Positions 1 through 11,002 of a stretch of DNA of 64,000 nucleotides are shown here, one piece after another. The notes below the pieces were generated by a model. The model was not told the origin of the DNA, made no database searches, and saw only the letters and a list, made by a program, of their open reading frames with translations. Within the stretch, counting starts at the first letter, position 1. Each line of letters opens with the position of its first letter. The stretch is from Candidatus Eiseniibacteriota bacterium (GTDB taxonomy: Bacteria > Eisenbacteria > RBG-16-71-46 > CAZAMP01). The position numbers and the translations under genes were made by a program. The stretch is from positions 5,920,001 to 5,984,000 of the forward strand of contig OZ245046.1 in the NCBI GenBank assembly GCA_965224245.1, read 5' to 3'.

Positions 1-56
1 GCGAGTCGTTCGACTTCTTCACGGACAAGAAGATCGTCATCTCGCGGTGGTTCTGA
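1..56 (+). CDS. mmsA: 3' end of CoA-acylating (methyl)malonate-semialdehyde dehydrogenase (partial)
   Basis: Frame from nt 3 reads ESFDFFTDKKIVISRWF*, matching the typical F(F/Y)TxxKxVxxRW C-terminus of MmsA/IolA; it fits the downstream pyrimidine/beta-alanine operon. Not in the ORF track. Confidence 0.7.
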   Translation, partial: ESFDFFTDKKIVISRWF

Positions 57-66
57 GGAGGTCGGC

Positions 67-939
67 GTGAGCAGAACGGTTCGATGCGGGCTCATCCAGT
101 GCGCGAACCCGATCAACGACGAGAGCGTCCCCGTCGACGAGATCAAGCGGGCCGCGTTCGAGAAGCACCTGCCCTTCATCGAGAAGGCGGGCGCCGACGG
201 CGTGAGGATCCTGTGCATGCAGGAGATCTTCGACGGGCCGTACTTCTGCCCCAGCCAGGACGGGCGCTGGTACGACGCGGCCGAGTCGGTCCCCGGTCCC
301 ACGACCGAGCGGCTGGCGGCCCTGGCCAGGCAGCACGAGATGGTGCTGGTGGTCCCGATCTACGAGCGCGAGCAGGCCGGCGTCTACTACAACACGGCGG
401 CGGTGATCGACGCCGACGGCACGTACCTCGGCAAGTACCGGAAGAACCACATCCCGCAGATCGCCGGCTTCTGGGAGAAGTTCTTCTTCAAGCCGGGGAA
501 CCTCGGGTATCCGGTGTTCGAGACCGCGTACGCGAAGGTCGGCGTGTACATCTGCTACGACCGGCACTTTCCCGAGGGCGCGCGCCTGCTGGGCCTGAAC
601 GGCGCGGAGATCGTGTTCAACCCGTCGGCCACGGTCGCGGGCCTCTCGCAGTACCTGTGGAAGCTCGAGCAGCCGGCGCACGCGGTGGCCAACGGCTACT
701 TCATGGGGTGCATCAACCGCGTCGGCAACGAGGGTCCCTGGAACATCGGCAAGTTCTACGGATCGAGCTACTTCGTGGACCCGCGCGGGCAGTTCCTGGT
801 CGAGGCGTCAGAGGACCGGGACGAGCTCGTGGTGGCGGATCTCGATCTGGACATGATCGAGGAGGTGCGGCGGACCTGGCAGTTCTACCGGGATCGCCGC
901 CCCGAGACGTACCGGCCGATGACGGAGCTCCTGCCGTAG
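67..939 (+). CDS. Beta-ureidopropionase (nitrilase/carbon-nitrogen hydrolase family)
   Basis: Nitrilase triad E (MQEIF), K (YRKNHIP), C (ICYDRHFPE); GGAGG RBS before GTG; clustered with hydA and preTA. Confidence 0.9.
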   Translation: MSRTVRCGLIQCANPINDESVPVDEIKRAAFEKHLPFIEKAGADGVRILCMQEIFDGPYFCPSQDGRWYDAAESVPGPTTERLAALARQHEMVLVVPIYEREQAGVYYNTAAVIDADGTYLGKYRKNHIPQIAGFWEKFFFKPGNLGYPVFETAYAKVGVYICYDRHFPEGARLLGLNGAEIVFNPSATVAGLSQYLWKLEQPAHAVANGYFMGCINRVGNEGPWNIGKFYGSSYFVDPRGQFLVEASEDRDELVVADLDLDMIEEVRRTWQFYRDRRPETYRPMTELLP

Positions 940-1003
940 ACCGTTCGATCACGCGTTCCCTCCCCGGCGCGATCGACACTGTCTCGACGAGGGGAGAGGC
1001 GAC

Positions 1004-1753
1004 ATGACGGAACGAACCACACGTCGGTGGGCGCCGATCACCGGCGCCATGCTCGTGATCGTGATCGCGCCCGTGGACGCAGACGCGGGCGGGCGGCCCC
1101 CCGACGACGCCTGTCTGTTTCTCGATCTGCATACGACGGACGCGACTTACTCCGGGTGCGAGAGCATGGACTACATCGAGACGCTGGAGTGCGAGGACTT
1201 CCGCGGTCTCGATCAGCCCGGCGGACCGTTGGTCTGGTACTGGATCATCGCGACGTGGGCTCGTGGGTGGACCTTCGACGACGGCATCGGCTCGATCCGC
1301 TTCGGGCTCGAGCGGAGCGAGGACGAGCCCGCCACCTGGGCGTCATGCACGGCGGGGGCCGACGTGCCGGGAGTGGGCTGGCCGAGCTCGGGGACCGGGT
1401 ACGAAGCAAGCTGGGCCGGCGGCTGCTACGTGCCGTCCGGCCCGACGGCCAGGATCGGATTCCTGTGGCCCGACGAGCATTCGATCGACGGGCTCACCGG
1501 GGAGTACCGGTTCGGCGTGCATCCGGACGACCCGGGCGACCTCGCCCACTGGCGCACGTGCGGCGGGGAGGAGCGCGCGATGGGCTTCCAGCCGCACTGG
1601 TGGTACGACCTCGTCGAGCTCCGGCACCTCTGTCAGCTCTACACCGATCCCATCGGGGAGCCGATCTGTTCCGCGTTCACCCCGACGGCGGGCGCGTCAT
1701 GGGGTAGGATCAAGAGCTGCTACCGGACCGAACCGCCACTCGAGACGAGGTGA
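1004..1753 (+). CDS. Secreted Cys-rich hypothetical protein with C-terminal SWGRIKxxY motif
   Basis: GGAGAGG RBS, signal-peptide-like N-terminus, 9 Cys, ends ...ASWGRIKSCYRTEPPLETR; stop overlaps the hydA GTG. Confidence 0.7.
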   Translation: MTERTTRRWAPITGAMLVIVIAPVDADAGGRPPDDACLFLDLHTTDATYSGCESMDYIETLECEDFRGLDQPGGPLVWYWIIATWARGWTFDDGIGSIRFGLERSEDEPATWASCTAGADVPGVGWPSSGTGYEASWAGGCYVPSGPTARIGFLWPDEHSIDGLTGEYRFGVHPDDPGDLAHWRTCGGEERAMGFQPHWWYDLVELRHLCQLYTDPIGEPICSAFTPTAGASWGRIKSCYRTEPPLETR

Positions 1754-3150
1754 CGACCATGGGCATGATCATTCGAAACGGGACGATCGTCACGGCCGTC
1801 GATCGGTTCAAGGCCGACGTCCTCACGCGCGACGGGAAGATCGCCGCGATCGGCGCCGGGCTGGACGCCGCCTCGGACGACGAGGTCGTCGACGCATCGG
1901 GCCAGTACGTGTTCCCCGGCGGCGTGGACCCACACGTCCACATGGAGCTGCCGTTCATGGGGACCGTCTCCGCCGACGACTTCGAGACCGGCACCGCGGC
2001 CGGCATCGCGGGCGGGACGACGTCCATCATCGACTTCTGCATCCCCGGTCGGGGACAGAACATGTTCGAGGCGCTCGATGCGTGGCACGAGAAGTCGGCC
2101 AAGGCCTGTGCCGACTACACGTACCACATGGCGATCACCTGGTGGTCGGACGACCACGAGGAGTGGATGACGCGCTGTGTGCGCGAGCACGGCATCACGT
2201 CGTTCAAGGTGTTCCTGGCCTACCGCGACGCGATCGGGGTCAGCGATACCGAGCTCATCCACTGCCTCCGCGTCGCGGGCCAGCTGGGCGCGGTGGTCAC
2301 CGTCCACGCCGAGCACGGCGAGATGGTGGCCGAGCTCCAGAAGGAGTTCGCGGACGCGGGCAAGATGACGCCCCGGTACCACGCGCTCTCGCGACCCTCG
2401 CCCGTCGAGGGCGAGGCCACCAATCGCGTGCTGATGCTGGCCGAGCTGACCGGCGCCACCGTGTACATCGTCCACATGACCTGCCGCGAGGCGGTGGACG
2501 CGCTGGCACGGGCGCGCATGCGCGGGCAGCGCGCGTTCGGCGAGACCTGTCCGCAGTATCTCCTCCTGGACGACTCGGTCTACGACAAGCCGGACTTCGA
2601 GGGTGCCGCCTACGTCATGTCCCCGCCGATACGGCCGCGAGGACACCAGGAGCCGCTCTGGGCCGCGCTGAAGTCGGGAGTGCTGCAGGTGGTCGGCACC
2701 GATCACTGTCCGTTCAACCAGGTCGGCCAGAAGGACATCGGAAGAGACGACTTCCGCATCATCCCCAACGGCGCCGCCGGCATCGAGAACCGCCTGGCGC
2801 TCCTGTACACGTACGGGGTCCGGGAAGGACGGCTCGATCTGAATCAGTTCGTCGATCTCACGTCGACGCGCGCGGCCAAGATCTTCGGGCTGTACCCCCG
2901 CAAGGGATCGGTCACGGTGGGGGCCGACGCCGACCTCGTGGTCTGGGATCCGAGCGCGACCGGCACGATCTCGGCGAAGACGCACCATCACCGGGTGGAC
3001 CGCAACATCTACGAGGGTTTTCACGTCGAGGGACTGCCGTCCCACGTGCTCGTCGGGGGTAAGATGGCCTATCGGAAGGGGTCGCTCGACGCCGAGCGGG
3101 GCGCGGGGCGCTTCATGACGCGCAAGCCGACCGAGCCGATCCGCCGCTGA
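1750..3150 (+). CDS. hydA: Dihydropyrimidinase
   Basis: PGGVDPHVH metal motif, TSFKVF carbamylated Lys, VHAEHG, GTDHCPF, GADADLVVWDP. The start could be the ATG at 1759. Confidence 0.95.
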   Translation: MTTMGMIIRNGTIVTAVDRFKADVLTRDGKIAAIGAGLDAASDDEVVDASGQYVFPGGVDPHVHMELPFMGTVSADDFETGTAAGIAGGTTSIIDFCIPGRGQNMFEALDAWHEKSAKACADYTYHMAITWWSDDHEEWMTRCVREHGITSFKVFLAYRDAIGVSDTELIHCLRVAGQLGAVVTVHAEHGEMVAELQKEFADAGKMTPRYHALSRPSPVEGEATNRVLMLAELTGATVYIVHMTCREAVDALARARMRGQRAFGETCPQYLLLDDSVYDKPDFEGAAYVMSPPIRPRGHQEPLWAALKSGVLQVVGTDHCPFNQVGQKDIGRDDFRIIPNGAAGIENRLALLYTYGVREGRLDLNQFVDLTSTRAAKIFGLYPRKGSVTVGADADLVVWDPSATGTISAKTHHHRVDRNIYEGFHVEGLPSHVLVGGKMAYRKGSLDAERGAGRFMTRKPTEPIRR

Positions 3151-3171
3151 CGCTCTTGGAGAGGATCATCG

Positions 3172-4503
<1,332 letters not shown>

Positions 4504-4506
4504 CCG

Positions 4507-5829
4507 ATGTCGGACGCGTACCGGCTCCCCGACGGGCGCCTCGAGGAGGGATTCGAGGATCGGAAGCCCCTCTTCACCGAGAGCGAGGCCCGCTTCGAAG
4601 CGAACCGCTGCCTCTACTGCTTCGACGCGCCGTGCATTCCGGCCTGTCCCACGGCCATCGACATTCCCACGTTCATTCGCAAGATCGCGACCGGCAACCT
4701 CCGCGGCTCGGCGCGCACCATTCTCGAGGCCAACCTCCTGGGGATGAGCTGCGCGCGCGCGTGTCCGGTGGAGGTGCTGTGCGAGGGATCCTGCGTCTAC
4801 GTCGGCTGGGGACGCCCCGCGATCGCGATCGGCCGGCTCCAGCGCTACGCGATGGCGCACGGTGCCTCCGCTGCGCTTCTCGACAGGCGGCCGTCCAACG
4901 GGCACTCGATCGGTCTGATCGGCGCAGGACCGGCGTCGCTGGCCTGCGCGGGCACGCTGGCCCGCCTCGGACACGAGCCGGTCATCTACGAGCAGCGCGA
5001 CGTGCTCGGGGGGCTCAACACGATCGGCATCGCGCCGTACAAGCTGCCCGCGAACGACGCGCTCGACGACGTGCGCTTCGTGGCCGAGCTGGGCGTCACG
5101 TTCCGGACCAGGGTCACGGTCGGGCAGGACGTCACGATCGACGAGCTCCTCGCCCGGCACGAGGCGGTCTTCCTCGGTGTGGGGCTCGGCGCCGATCGCA
5201 TGCTCGAGGTTCCCGGTGCCGGCGGTCCCGGCGTCGTCGGCGCGGTGGAGTGGATCGAGTCGATGAAGACCGACCCCGCCGCCAGCGTGGCCGGCGTCTC
5301 GCACGCCGTCGTGATCGGCGGGGGGAACACGGCGGTGGACGTCGTGCGCGAGCTCCGCGGGCTCGGCGTGGATTCCGTCACGCTCGTGTATCGACGGGAT
5401 GACTCACGGCTGAGCGCCTATCGCCACGAGCTCGACGCCGCGCGACGCGAGGGCGTTCGCGTGCTGGTGTCGCGCTCGCTCGGGGAGGTCGTCCGGTCGG
5501 GAAGCGCGATCAGCGCCGTCCGGCTCGTCCACACCGAGGACGGCGCACCGACCGATCGCGACGCCGAGACGCTTCCGGCCGATCTCGTCGTGTGGGCGAT
5601 CGGCCAGTCCACGCTCCGGGAGCTCGCCGAGTCGTGCCAGGGCGTCCGTGTGGACGCGCGCGGGCGCGTGCTCGTCGACGGGGAGTCGTTCGTGACCGGG
5701 AACCCGCGCGTGTACGCCGGCGGAGATGCGATCAACGGCGGCAAGGAGGTCGTGAACGCGGTCCACGACGGGCAGGCCGCCGCCCGGGCCATGCACGCCG
5801 CGCTGACCGGGGAGCATCTCGATGGCTGA
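4507..5829 (+). CDS. preT: Dihydropyrimidine dehydrogenase subunit PreT (GltD-like)
   Basis: RCLYCFDAPCIPACP Fe-S motif, GAGPAS and GGGNTA nucleotide-binding motifs, GGD near the C-terminus. Confidence 0.9.
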   Translation: MSDAYRLPDGRLEEGFEDRKPLFTESEARFEANRCLYCFDAPCIPACPTAIDIPTFIRKIATGNLRGSARTILEANLLGMSCARACPVEVLCEGSCVYVGWGRPAIAIGRLQRYAMAHGASAALLDRRPSNGHSIGLIGAGPASLACAGTLARLGHEPVIYEQRDVLGGLNTIGIAPYKLPANDALDDVRFVAELGVTFRTRVTVGQDVTIDELLARHEAVFLGVGLGADRMLEVPGAGGPGVVGAVEWIESMKTDPAASVAGVSHAVVIGGGNTAVDVVRELRGLGVDSVTLVYRRDDSRLSAYRHELDAARREGVRVLVSRSLGEVVRSGSAISAVRLVHTEDGAPTDRDAETLPADLVVWAIGQSTLRELAESCQGVRVDARGRVLVDGESFVTGNPRVYAGGDAINGGKEVVNAVHDGQAAARAMHAALTGEHLDG

Positions 5830-7177
5830 TCTGTCGATCGACTTCGCGGGCATCCGGAGCCCGAACCCGTTCTGGCTGGCCTCGGCGCCGCCCACCAACT
5901 CCGGCGATCAGGTGCTGCGCGCGTTCGACGCCGGATGGGGCGGTGCGGTGTGGAAGACGCTCGGCAATCCGATCGTGAACGTCTCCAGCCGTCTCGGCGG
6001 CGTCCACCTCGGTCACGAGCGACTGATGGGACTCAACAACATCGAGCTCATCACCGATCGCCCGCTGGACGTGAACCTGCGCGAGATCGCCGAGGTCAAG
6101 CGCCTGCGTCCCTCGCACGCGGTGATCGTGTCGTTGATGTTCGAGTCGCGTGAGGAGTGGCGCGAGATCATCCGCCGCTGCGAGGACACGGGCTGTGATG
6201 GGCTGGAGCTGAACTTCGGCTGCCCCCACGGCATGTGCGAGCGCGGCATGGGCTCTGCGGTGGGCCAGGAGCCCAAGGTGCTCGAGGAGCTCGTGCGCTG
6301 GGTGATGGCCGAGACGTCGCTGCCGGTGATCGCCAAGCTGACCCCGAACATCACCGACGTTCGCGAGCCCGCGCACGCCGCCCAGCGCGGCGGGGCGACC
6401 GCGGTCTCGCTGATCAACACCGTCCAGAGCGTCATCGGCGTCGACCTCGAGCGGCTGGTGCCGCTGCCGAGGGTCGACGACGCGTCGTCCCACGGCGGCT
6501 ACTGCGGCCCCGCGGTGCGGCCGATCGCGCTCCGGATGGTGGCCGATCTGGCCCGGGCTCGCGACTTCACGCTGCCCATCAGCGGCATCGGGGGCATCGG
6601 GACGTGGCGGGACGCGGCCGAGTTCATCGCCCTCGGGGCGGGATCGGTCCAGGTGTGCACGGCGGTCATGCACCACGGATACCGGATCGTCGAGGACCTG
6701 ATCGACGGGCTCTCGTCGTATCTGGATACGAAGGGCATGTCGGCGGTCTCCGATCTCGTCGGGCGTGCGATCCCCGGGTACCGCGAGTGGGGCGAGCTCG
6801 ATCTGAACTACCACATCGTGGCCGAGATCGATCCCCGGACGTGCATCGGGTGTCAGCTCTGTCACGTGGCGTGTCACGACGGGGCGCATCAGTGCATTCA
6901 CCTCCCGGGCACGTCGCCGATCGACGGGCACGTAGCGCCGATGGCATCCATGGCGGCCGAGCGCGCGGCCCGGGCGGTAGCGGACGGCACGGAGCCGTAC
7001 CGCGTTCCCTGGGTGGACGAGACCGAGTGCGTGGGCTGCAATCTCTGCGAGATGGTCTGTCCGGTCGAGGGCTGCATCACGATGGTGGAGCGCCGGCGCG
7101 GACCGGAGCCTGACTCGTGGAACGATCGCGTCGCGAGCGGGCGCGATCACGTTCCGGGAGGGCTCGGCGACGTCTGA
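5822..7177 (+). CDS. preA: Dihydropyrimidine dehydrogenase subunit PreA
   Basis: SPNPFWLASAPPT, ELNFGCPHG, AKLTPN, two C-terminal CxxCxxC 4Fe-4S motifs. Confidence 0.95.
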   Translation: MADLSIDFAGIRSPNPFWLASAPPTNSGDQVLRAFDAGWGGAVWKTLGNPIVNVSSRLGGVHLGHERLMGLNNIELITDRPLDVNLREIAEVKRLRPSHAVIVSLMFESREEWREIIRRCEDTGCDGLELNFGCPHGMCERGMGSAVGQEPKVLEELVRWVMAETSLPVIAKLTPNITDVREPAHAAQRGGATAVSLINTVQSVIGVDLERLVPLPRVDDASSHGGYCGPAVRPIALRMVADLARARDFTLPISGIGGIGTWRDAAEFIALGAGSVQVCTAVMHHGYRIVEDLIDGLSSYLDTKGMSAVSDLVGRAIPGYREWGELDLNYHIVAEIDPRTCIGCQLCHVACHDGAHQCIHLPGTSPIDGHVAPMASMAAERAARAVADGTEPYRVPWVDETECVGCNLCEMVCPVEGCITMVERRRGPEPDSWNDRVASGRDHVPGGLGDV

Positions 7178-7292
7178 GGCCTCGCGGCTCCGATCCATCC
7201 GGATCCGATCCGGAGAGCCACCCGCCGCCGCGCCACCGAGGAGCCGCGGAAGCCGAGGAGCTCCCGGCCGCCTGGAGCCCGTTCGCGCCAGA

Positions 7293-8264
7293 TCACGCGG
7301 AGGGGGCTCGCACTCTGGCGACACTCACCAGTGCGTCGACGGCCTGGCCGTGCTGCTTGCGCACCGACGTCGCTTCCAGCGACAGGACGTCGAACGACTC
7401 CTCACACACGCGACGCACGTACGTCTCACCGTGACGGTACCGTCCGTCTGCGCTGAGCTGCACGTCGCGATCGGATGCGCGTTCGACGGTGAACGCGAAC
7501 AGCCCGCCCGGCACGAGACACGCCCGCACGGCGCGAAAGACCGGCGCGAGATCCCCGACGTAGATCAGGACCTCGATGGCCACGACGAGCGAGTAGCGTC
7601 CGGCGCGCTCCATCATCGTGGCGATCATGTCGCCCGCCGTCAGCTCGTCGTAGTGACCGGTCGCCCGCGCGCGCGTCAGCATCTCGGAGGAGAGATCCAC
7701 GCCGTCCAGCCGGTGGGCCAGCGTGCGCAACGACGCACCGGCGAGTCCGGTTCCGCATCCGGCGTCGAGGACGTCGTGTCGGTCGTCACCCACGAGAGGG
7801 GCCAGTGCCCGCATCACGACGGCCGGCCCGTCGTAGGAGAGGGTATCGGTCAGGTGCTCGTCGTACGTCCTCGCGTACTCGTCGAACCGCACCCGGAGAT
7901 ACTCTATGGGGACGCGGTCGGGCGCGTCGGTGGTGCCGTCCCGGGCCAGGAGATAGTCGGCGACCTCGTCCACGCTCGCCTCGTCGATGGCGAGCGCGCG
8001 GGCCTCGGCGGTCCGGAGCCGGCGCCGGCACTCGAGCGCCTCGGTGTGGCGCCCCGACTTCTGGAGCAGATAGGCCAGCCCTTCCAGGCCCGCCGCGTGA
8101 TCGGGGTCGGTCTCCAGGAGTCGGCGGAAGGCCGCCTCCGCGGCCGCGTGATCCCCCGCCGGATTCGCGAGGCTCGACCAGTGGAAGCTCGCGGGATGTG
8201 GATGTGTGAAACCCGCGTCGGCCAGCGCGGCCAGCCACGCGCGCTCGGCGCTGGTGAAGGTCAT
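7293..8264 (-). CDS. TPR-containing class I SAM-dependent methyltransferase
   Basis: TPR-like N-terminal helices; FDEYARTYDEHL; LDAGCGTGL; GVDLSSEM; YVGDL; GRYRH. Confidence 0.85.
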   Translation of the reverse strand: MTFTSAERAWLAALADAGFTHPHPASFHWSSLANPAGDHAAAEAAFRRLLETDPDHAAGLEGLAYLLQKSGRHTEALECRRRLRTAEARALAIDEASVDEVADYLLARDGTTDAPDRVPIEYLRVRFDEYARTYDEHLTDTLSYDGPAVVMRALAPLVGDDRHDVLDAGCGTGLAGASLRTLAHRLDGVDLSSEMLTRARATGHYDELTAGDMIATMMERAGRYSLVVAIEVLIYVGDLAPVFRAVRACLVPGGLFAFTVERASDRDVQLSADGRYRHGETYVRRVCEESFDVLSLEATSVRKQHGQAVDALVSVARVRAPSA

Positions 8265-8351
8265 CGATACCCCCCTCGGCCGGCTCGCCCGCGGCCCGTG
8301 CTCGTGCCGCCGTCCGGGCGCGCGATCATCGGCGCGACCACGGCGATGCGA

Positions 8352-9740
8352 TCATCGGGACGTGCGCCACGCCGCGAGCCCGCGCTCGGCGTCCGTGCCC
8401 GGGATCGTGTTGTCGAGGAACGTGGCGATGATCGCCCCCACGGCCATGCCGGTCTGTCCGATCGTGTTGACCACGTCGGCCAGCCAGGACGGCGAGAACG
8501 TGGCCGGATTGGCGGCGACGTACTCGGGCACCGAGAGCCCCATGAAGATCGCGAATCCCAGGATGAACAGGTTTCGCGCGGAGTTGAGATCCACGAACTG
8601 GAGGTTGGACAGCCCCACCGATGCGATCATGCCGAACATCGTGCAGTACATGCCGCCCACGATCGGCTGGGGAATCGTGGTGAAGAGCGCGCCGAACTTT
8701 CCAAGCACGGCGAGAAGCATCATCAGGATCGCGCCCATCTGCACCACGCGGCGACTGCCCACGCGGGTGAGGCCGATCGCGCCGATGTTCTCCGAGTACG
8801 ACGTCGTTCCGTTGCCGGTGCCGAAGACTCCGGCGATCAGACAGCCCACGCCCTCCATGCCGATGCCCCGATTCACGACGCGCGGGGTGGGAACCGGCGC
8901 GCCCGAGAGACGCGCGCACGCGTAGTAATCACCCACGGACTCCACCATCGACGCGATGTAGCCCGCGAGCATGCCCACGGTGGCGGCGGCGCCGAAGACG
9001 GGCATCCCCCACTGGAACGGATACGGTACGCGGAGCCAGGGAGCGTTTCGGACGCTGGTCAGGTCGACGTACGCGGGGTGTCCGGTCTCGAACACGCCGG
9101 TCGCGGTGCAGAGCGCGGCGACGCCCCACGCACCCAGGATGCCCAGCAGCACCGGGAACAGCTCGAACGCCCGGTGCGTCCGGCGCAGATACTGGCTGAA
9201 CAGGATCATCAGCGCGATCGTCAGCCCGCCGATTCCCCAGTGCGTTCCCGCCACCGGGGCGCCGAACTTGAACAGCGCGAGCCCGATCAGCGTGATCACC
9301 GGCGCGATGGTCAGGGGGCCCACAAACCGCAGCAGCCTTCCCACGAGGCCGGAGTACCCCAGTGCGATCTCGACCAGCGCGCCCAGGATCACGGCGCCCT
9401 GAACGTGACGCAGCCGCACGTCCCAGCCCTCGCCCGAGAGCGCCGCCATGCCGCAGATCGCGATCGTGGGCGCGAGAAACGAGAACGTGCCGCCCTGCAC
9501 GATGGGAAGGCGGTTGCCGAAGACCGTCTGGAGGAGCGTGGTGATTCCACTGACGAAGAACATCGTGCCGATCAGCCAGCCCAGCTCGACCGGCCGACCC
9601 GAGAGCCCCAGGGGCTCGGCCAGGATGAGCGGGATCGCCACCGTCGAGCCGAACATCGTCAGGTAGTGCTGAAACCCCAGAAGAACCGACTCACGGAGTG
9701 GAGGTTTCTCGTCGATGCGGTAGATGAGATCTCGCGACAT
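8352..9740 (-). CDS. NCS2 (uracil/xanthine/ascorbate family) nucleobase permease
   Basis: QH motif in TM1 (FQHYLTMFG), ESVGD, NCS2 signature ENIGAIGLTR; many TM segments. Confidence 0.92.
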   Translation of the reverse strand: MSRDLIYRIDEKPPLRESVLLGFQHYLTMFGSTVAIPLILAEPLGLSGRPVELGWLIGTMFFVSGITTLLQTVFGNRLPIVQGGTFSFLAPTIAICGMAALSGEGWDVRLRHVQGAVILGALVEIALGYSGLVGRLLRFVGPLTIAPVITLIGLALFKFGAPVAGTHWGIGGLTIALMILFSQYLRRTHRAFELFPVLLGILGAWGVAALCTATGVFETGHPAYVDLTSVRNAPWLRVPYPFQWGMPVFGAAATVGMLAGYIASMVESVGDYYACARLSGAPVPTPRVVNRGIGMEGVGCLIAGVFGTGNGTTSYSENIGAIGLTRVGSRRVVQMGAILMMLLAVLGKFGALFTTIPQPIVGGMYCTMFGMIASVGLSNLQFVDLNSARNLFILGFAIFMGLSVPEYVAANPATFSPSWLADVVNTIGQTGMAVGAIIATFLDNTIPGTDAERGLAAWRTSR

Positions 9741-9758
9741 GAAGACCTCGCGTGTGTC

Positions 9759-10778
9759 TCACCCCCCGAGCGAGGGGGGTGTCTCGGCGCCCCGTCGGGC
9801 CAGCGTGAGCGCGAACAGGCGCTCGGAGTCGACGAACCAATCGCGAAACTCGAAGCCGGCTGCGGCGAGGAGCGCCTCCACGCGCGGGCGATCGAACTTG
9901 ACGCTGACCTCGGTGCGGATGCCCTCCCCGGCCTCGAACGCGAACTCCCTGGCCAGCTTGCGCGCGTACACGACCTGCCGCGCTCGCGCGTGCAGCCACA
10001 TCTCGATCCGGTGGTGTTCGGCATCGTAGAACGCGCGATGCTCGAACGCGTCGGGTACGAAGTCGGCGTCCAGACGTCTGTTCAGGTGGCGGAGCGAATT
10101 GCGGTTGAACTCGGCGGTGATGCCCTCCGAGTCGTTGTAGGCGGCCTCCAGGCGCGAGGGGTCCTTGACGAGATCGGTGCCCAGGAGGAGGTGATCGCCC
10201 TCGCACATCGTGTCGGCCACGTCGGCCAGGAACGCGGCGGCGTCGTCGGGCAGGAAGTTGCCGATCGTACCGCCCAGGAACAGGGTCAGCCGATCCTGCC
10301 CTCGGGGGATGTGACGGATGTCCAGCGTGAAGTCGCCGGCCACGCCGTGCACCGACAGGTCGGGATACTCGTCGACGAGCTCCAGCGCGACCTGACGCAG
10401 CGTGGCCTCGCTCACGTCGAACGGGACGTACCGCTCGAGCTGTCCCGCGGCGTCCATCGCGTCGAGGAGAACGCGCGTCTTGGTCGACATGCCCGAGCCC
10501 AGCTCCATGAGCTCCCCGGCGCCGGTCTGGCGCACGACGCCGGGCGCCACTCCCATCAGGAGGTGCCGCTCGGTTCGTGTCTGGTAGTACTCGGGGAGCG
10601 AGCAGATCCGATCGAAGAGCTGCGAGCCCACCTCGTCGTAGAAGTAACGGGCATTGACGGTGCGCGGCGATGCATCGAGACCGTCGGCGATCGCGTTCAG
10701 CTCGGTGGCCTCGTCCACGTGGAGGTGCACGTCGATCACGACGCGGTCCTCGTCGGAGGCGAGATTGGGGTCCAGCAT
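9759..10778 (-). CDS. egtD: L-histidine N-alpha-methyltransferase (hercynine synthase)
   Basis: YFYDEVGSQLFDRICSLPEYYQTRTE, ELGSG..TKT, FLGGTIGNF, AYNDSEGITAEFN, TEVSVKF. Start placed at ATG 10778 after an AAGGAG RBS. Confidence 0.92.
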   Translation of the reverse strand: MLDPNLASDEDRVVIDVHLHVDEATELNAIADGLDASPRTVNARYFYDEVGSQLFDRICSLPEYYQTRTERHLLMGVAPGVVRQTGAGELMELGSGMSTKTRVLLDAMDAAGQLERYVPFDVSEATLRQVALELVDEYPDLSVHGVAGDFTLDIRHIPRGQDRLTLFLGGTIGNFLPDDAAAFLADVADTMCEGDHLLLGTDLVKDPSRLEAAYNDSEGITAEFNRNSLRHLNRRLDADFVPDAFEHRAFYDAEHHRIEMWLHARARQVVYARKLAREFAFEAGEGIRTEVSVKFDRPRVEALLAAAGFEFRDWFVDSERLFALTLARRGAETPPSLGG

Positions 10779-11002
10779 CGCGCATGGCTCCTTTGGGGTG
10801 ACCAGCCACGACCGGACCCGAAACCCAGCGCGACGGGGCGCGCAAATCGCGCGCGAAGGCACATGATGTAACTGGCATCTCGTCGCACGTCGTGACGACG
10901 AGCCGTACGATCGTAACCCGGGAGCGATCGGACGCGCAAACCGGCGGCTCACCCGGAGCCGGGCCGATCGTGGGGACTTACGCGGACCCCGTCCGGCTGA
11001 GA

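Noticed and set aside
7186-7215. Short GATCC repeats after preA
   Set aside because: Too short and low-complexity to support a function.
7350-10871. 1173-aa plus-strand ORF, and similar long ORFs (49399-52872, 38434-41265, 22199-24919)
   Set aside because: Antisense shadows of well-supported genes in high-GC DNA; Arg/Gly/Pro-rich with no motifs.
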